The notes beneath the pieces were generated by a model. That model worked only from the letters and a program-made list of their open reading frames with translations, was not told the origin of the DNA and did not search any database. From assembly GCA_965217865.1 (NCBI GenBank), contig CBDCJO010000002.1, positions 1,696,001-1,760,000 on the forward strand: DNA of 64,000 bases, given 5' to 3'. Source of the DNA: Candidatus Latescibacterota bacterium. GTDB taxonomy: Bacteria; Latescibacterota; UBA2968; SICM01. Below are positions 63,705 through 64,000 of the stretch, piece after piece. Numbering within the stretch: the stretch's first letter is position 1; each line of letters starts with the position of its first letter. The position numbers were made by a program, and so were the translations under genes.

Positions 63705-64000
63705 ATGGCCAGTCACGATTTGAACGGAAGCGCTGTAAACCTTGCGAAGGCTCTACGCGCGTTGACTTGTCTCTCCCCAGTGACCCGATCCACTTACCAG
63801 TGCGAACGAACGCAGGTCGAGGCTGCGAGATCGCCCGCGCCCTCCCGTCCTAGTGGGTCACGCGAGGGGCGCGTCACGCACCATACCACCTTGACACTGC
63901 TCCTGTGGATGGCTGTCCTGTCGGTTTCGCCTGCCTGGGCGCAGATGGGTACGATTCAGGGTACCGTCACGGATAGCGAATCTTCCAGTCCCCTCCCGAA
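63705..64000 (+). CDS. Start of a secreted protein with a carboxypeptidase-regulatory-like domain, probably a TonB-dependent receptor (runs off the window)
   Basis: RBS AAGGAG and ATG 63705. Open frame reaching LLLWMAVLSVSPAWAQ-MGTIQGTVTDSESSSPLP. Confidence 0.65.
   Translation, partial: MASHDLNGSAVNLAKALRALTCLSPVTRSTYQCERTQVEAARSPAPSRPSGSREGRVTHHTTLTLLLWMAVLSVSPAWAQMGTIQGTVTDSESSSPLP

Overview
Bacterial chromosomal window, roughly 50-55% GC by eye, with a visibly more GC-rich mosaic after about 57.8 kb. An FCB/Latescibacterota-like host is suggested only by a dockerin-like 'GFGDFLIFAGDFG' motif (inference). Layout: (1) 1-7.3 kb, minus-strand alternative complex III operon actABCDEF with actF truncated by the window edge, and a probable 6S RNA upstream; (2) 7.9-15 kb, an amidohydrolase, a PhyH-family Fe/2OG enzyme with an HxG motif, a GldA/F/G-like ABC system and a hypothetical; (3) 15.4-48.7 kb, a large mostly co-directional cluster encoding five PQQ-like beta-propellers, an EhpF-like adenylating enzyme, an acyl-reductase-type ALDH, an Fe-ADH, a HemN-like radical SAM enzyme, a TonB receptor, a chorismate lyase, an aryl-CoA ligase, a flavin halogenase-type enzyme, an SSS transporter, a GT4, a thioesterase and a large ABC exporter. 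This is the best candidate for an undescribed aromatic metabolite or cofactor biosynthesis/uptake/delivery system; (4) 49-57 kb, miscellaneous enzymes and regulators, some disrupted; (5) 57-63.6 kb, butt-joined fragments of defence and mobile genes. Superimposed on the window is a polarised family of composite 6-7 nt intergenic repeat cassettes, one of which brackets a frameshifted four-helix-bundle (23S-IVS-protein-like) gene as an inverted repeat. All family calls come from motif recognition by eye; no database searches were run.
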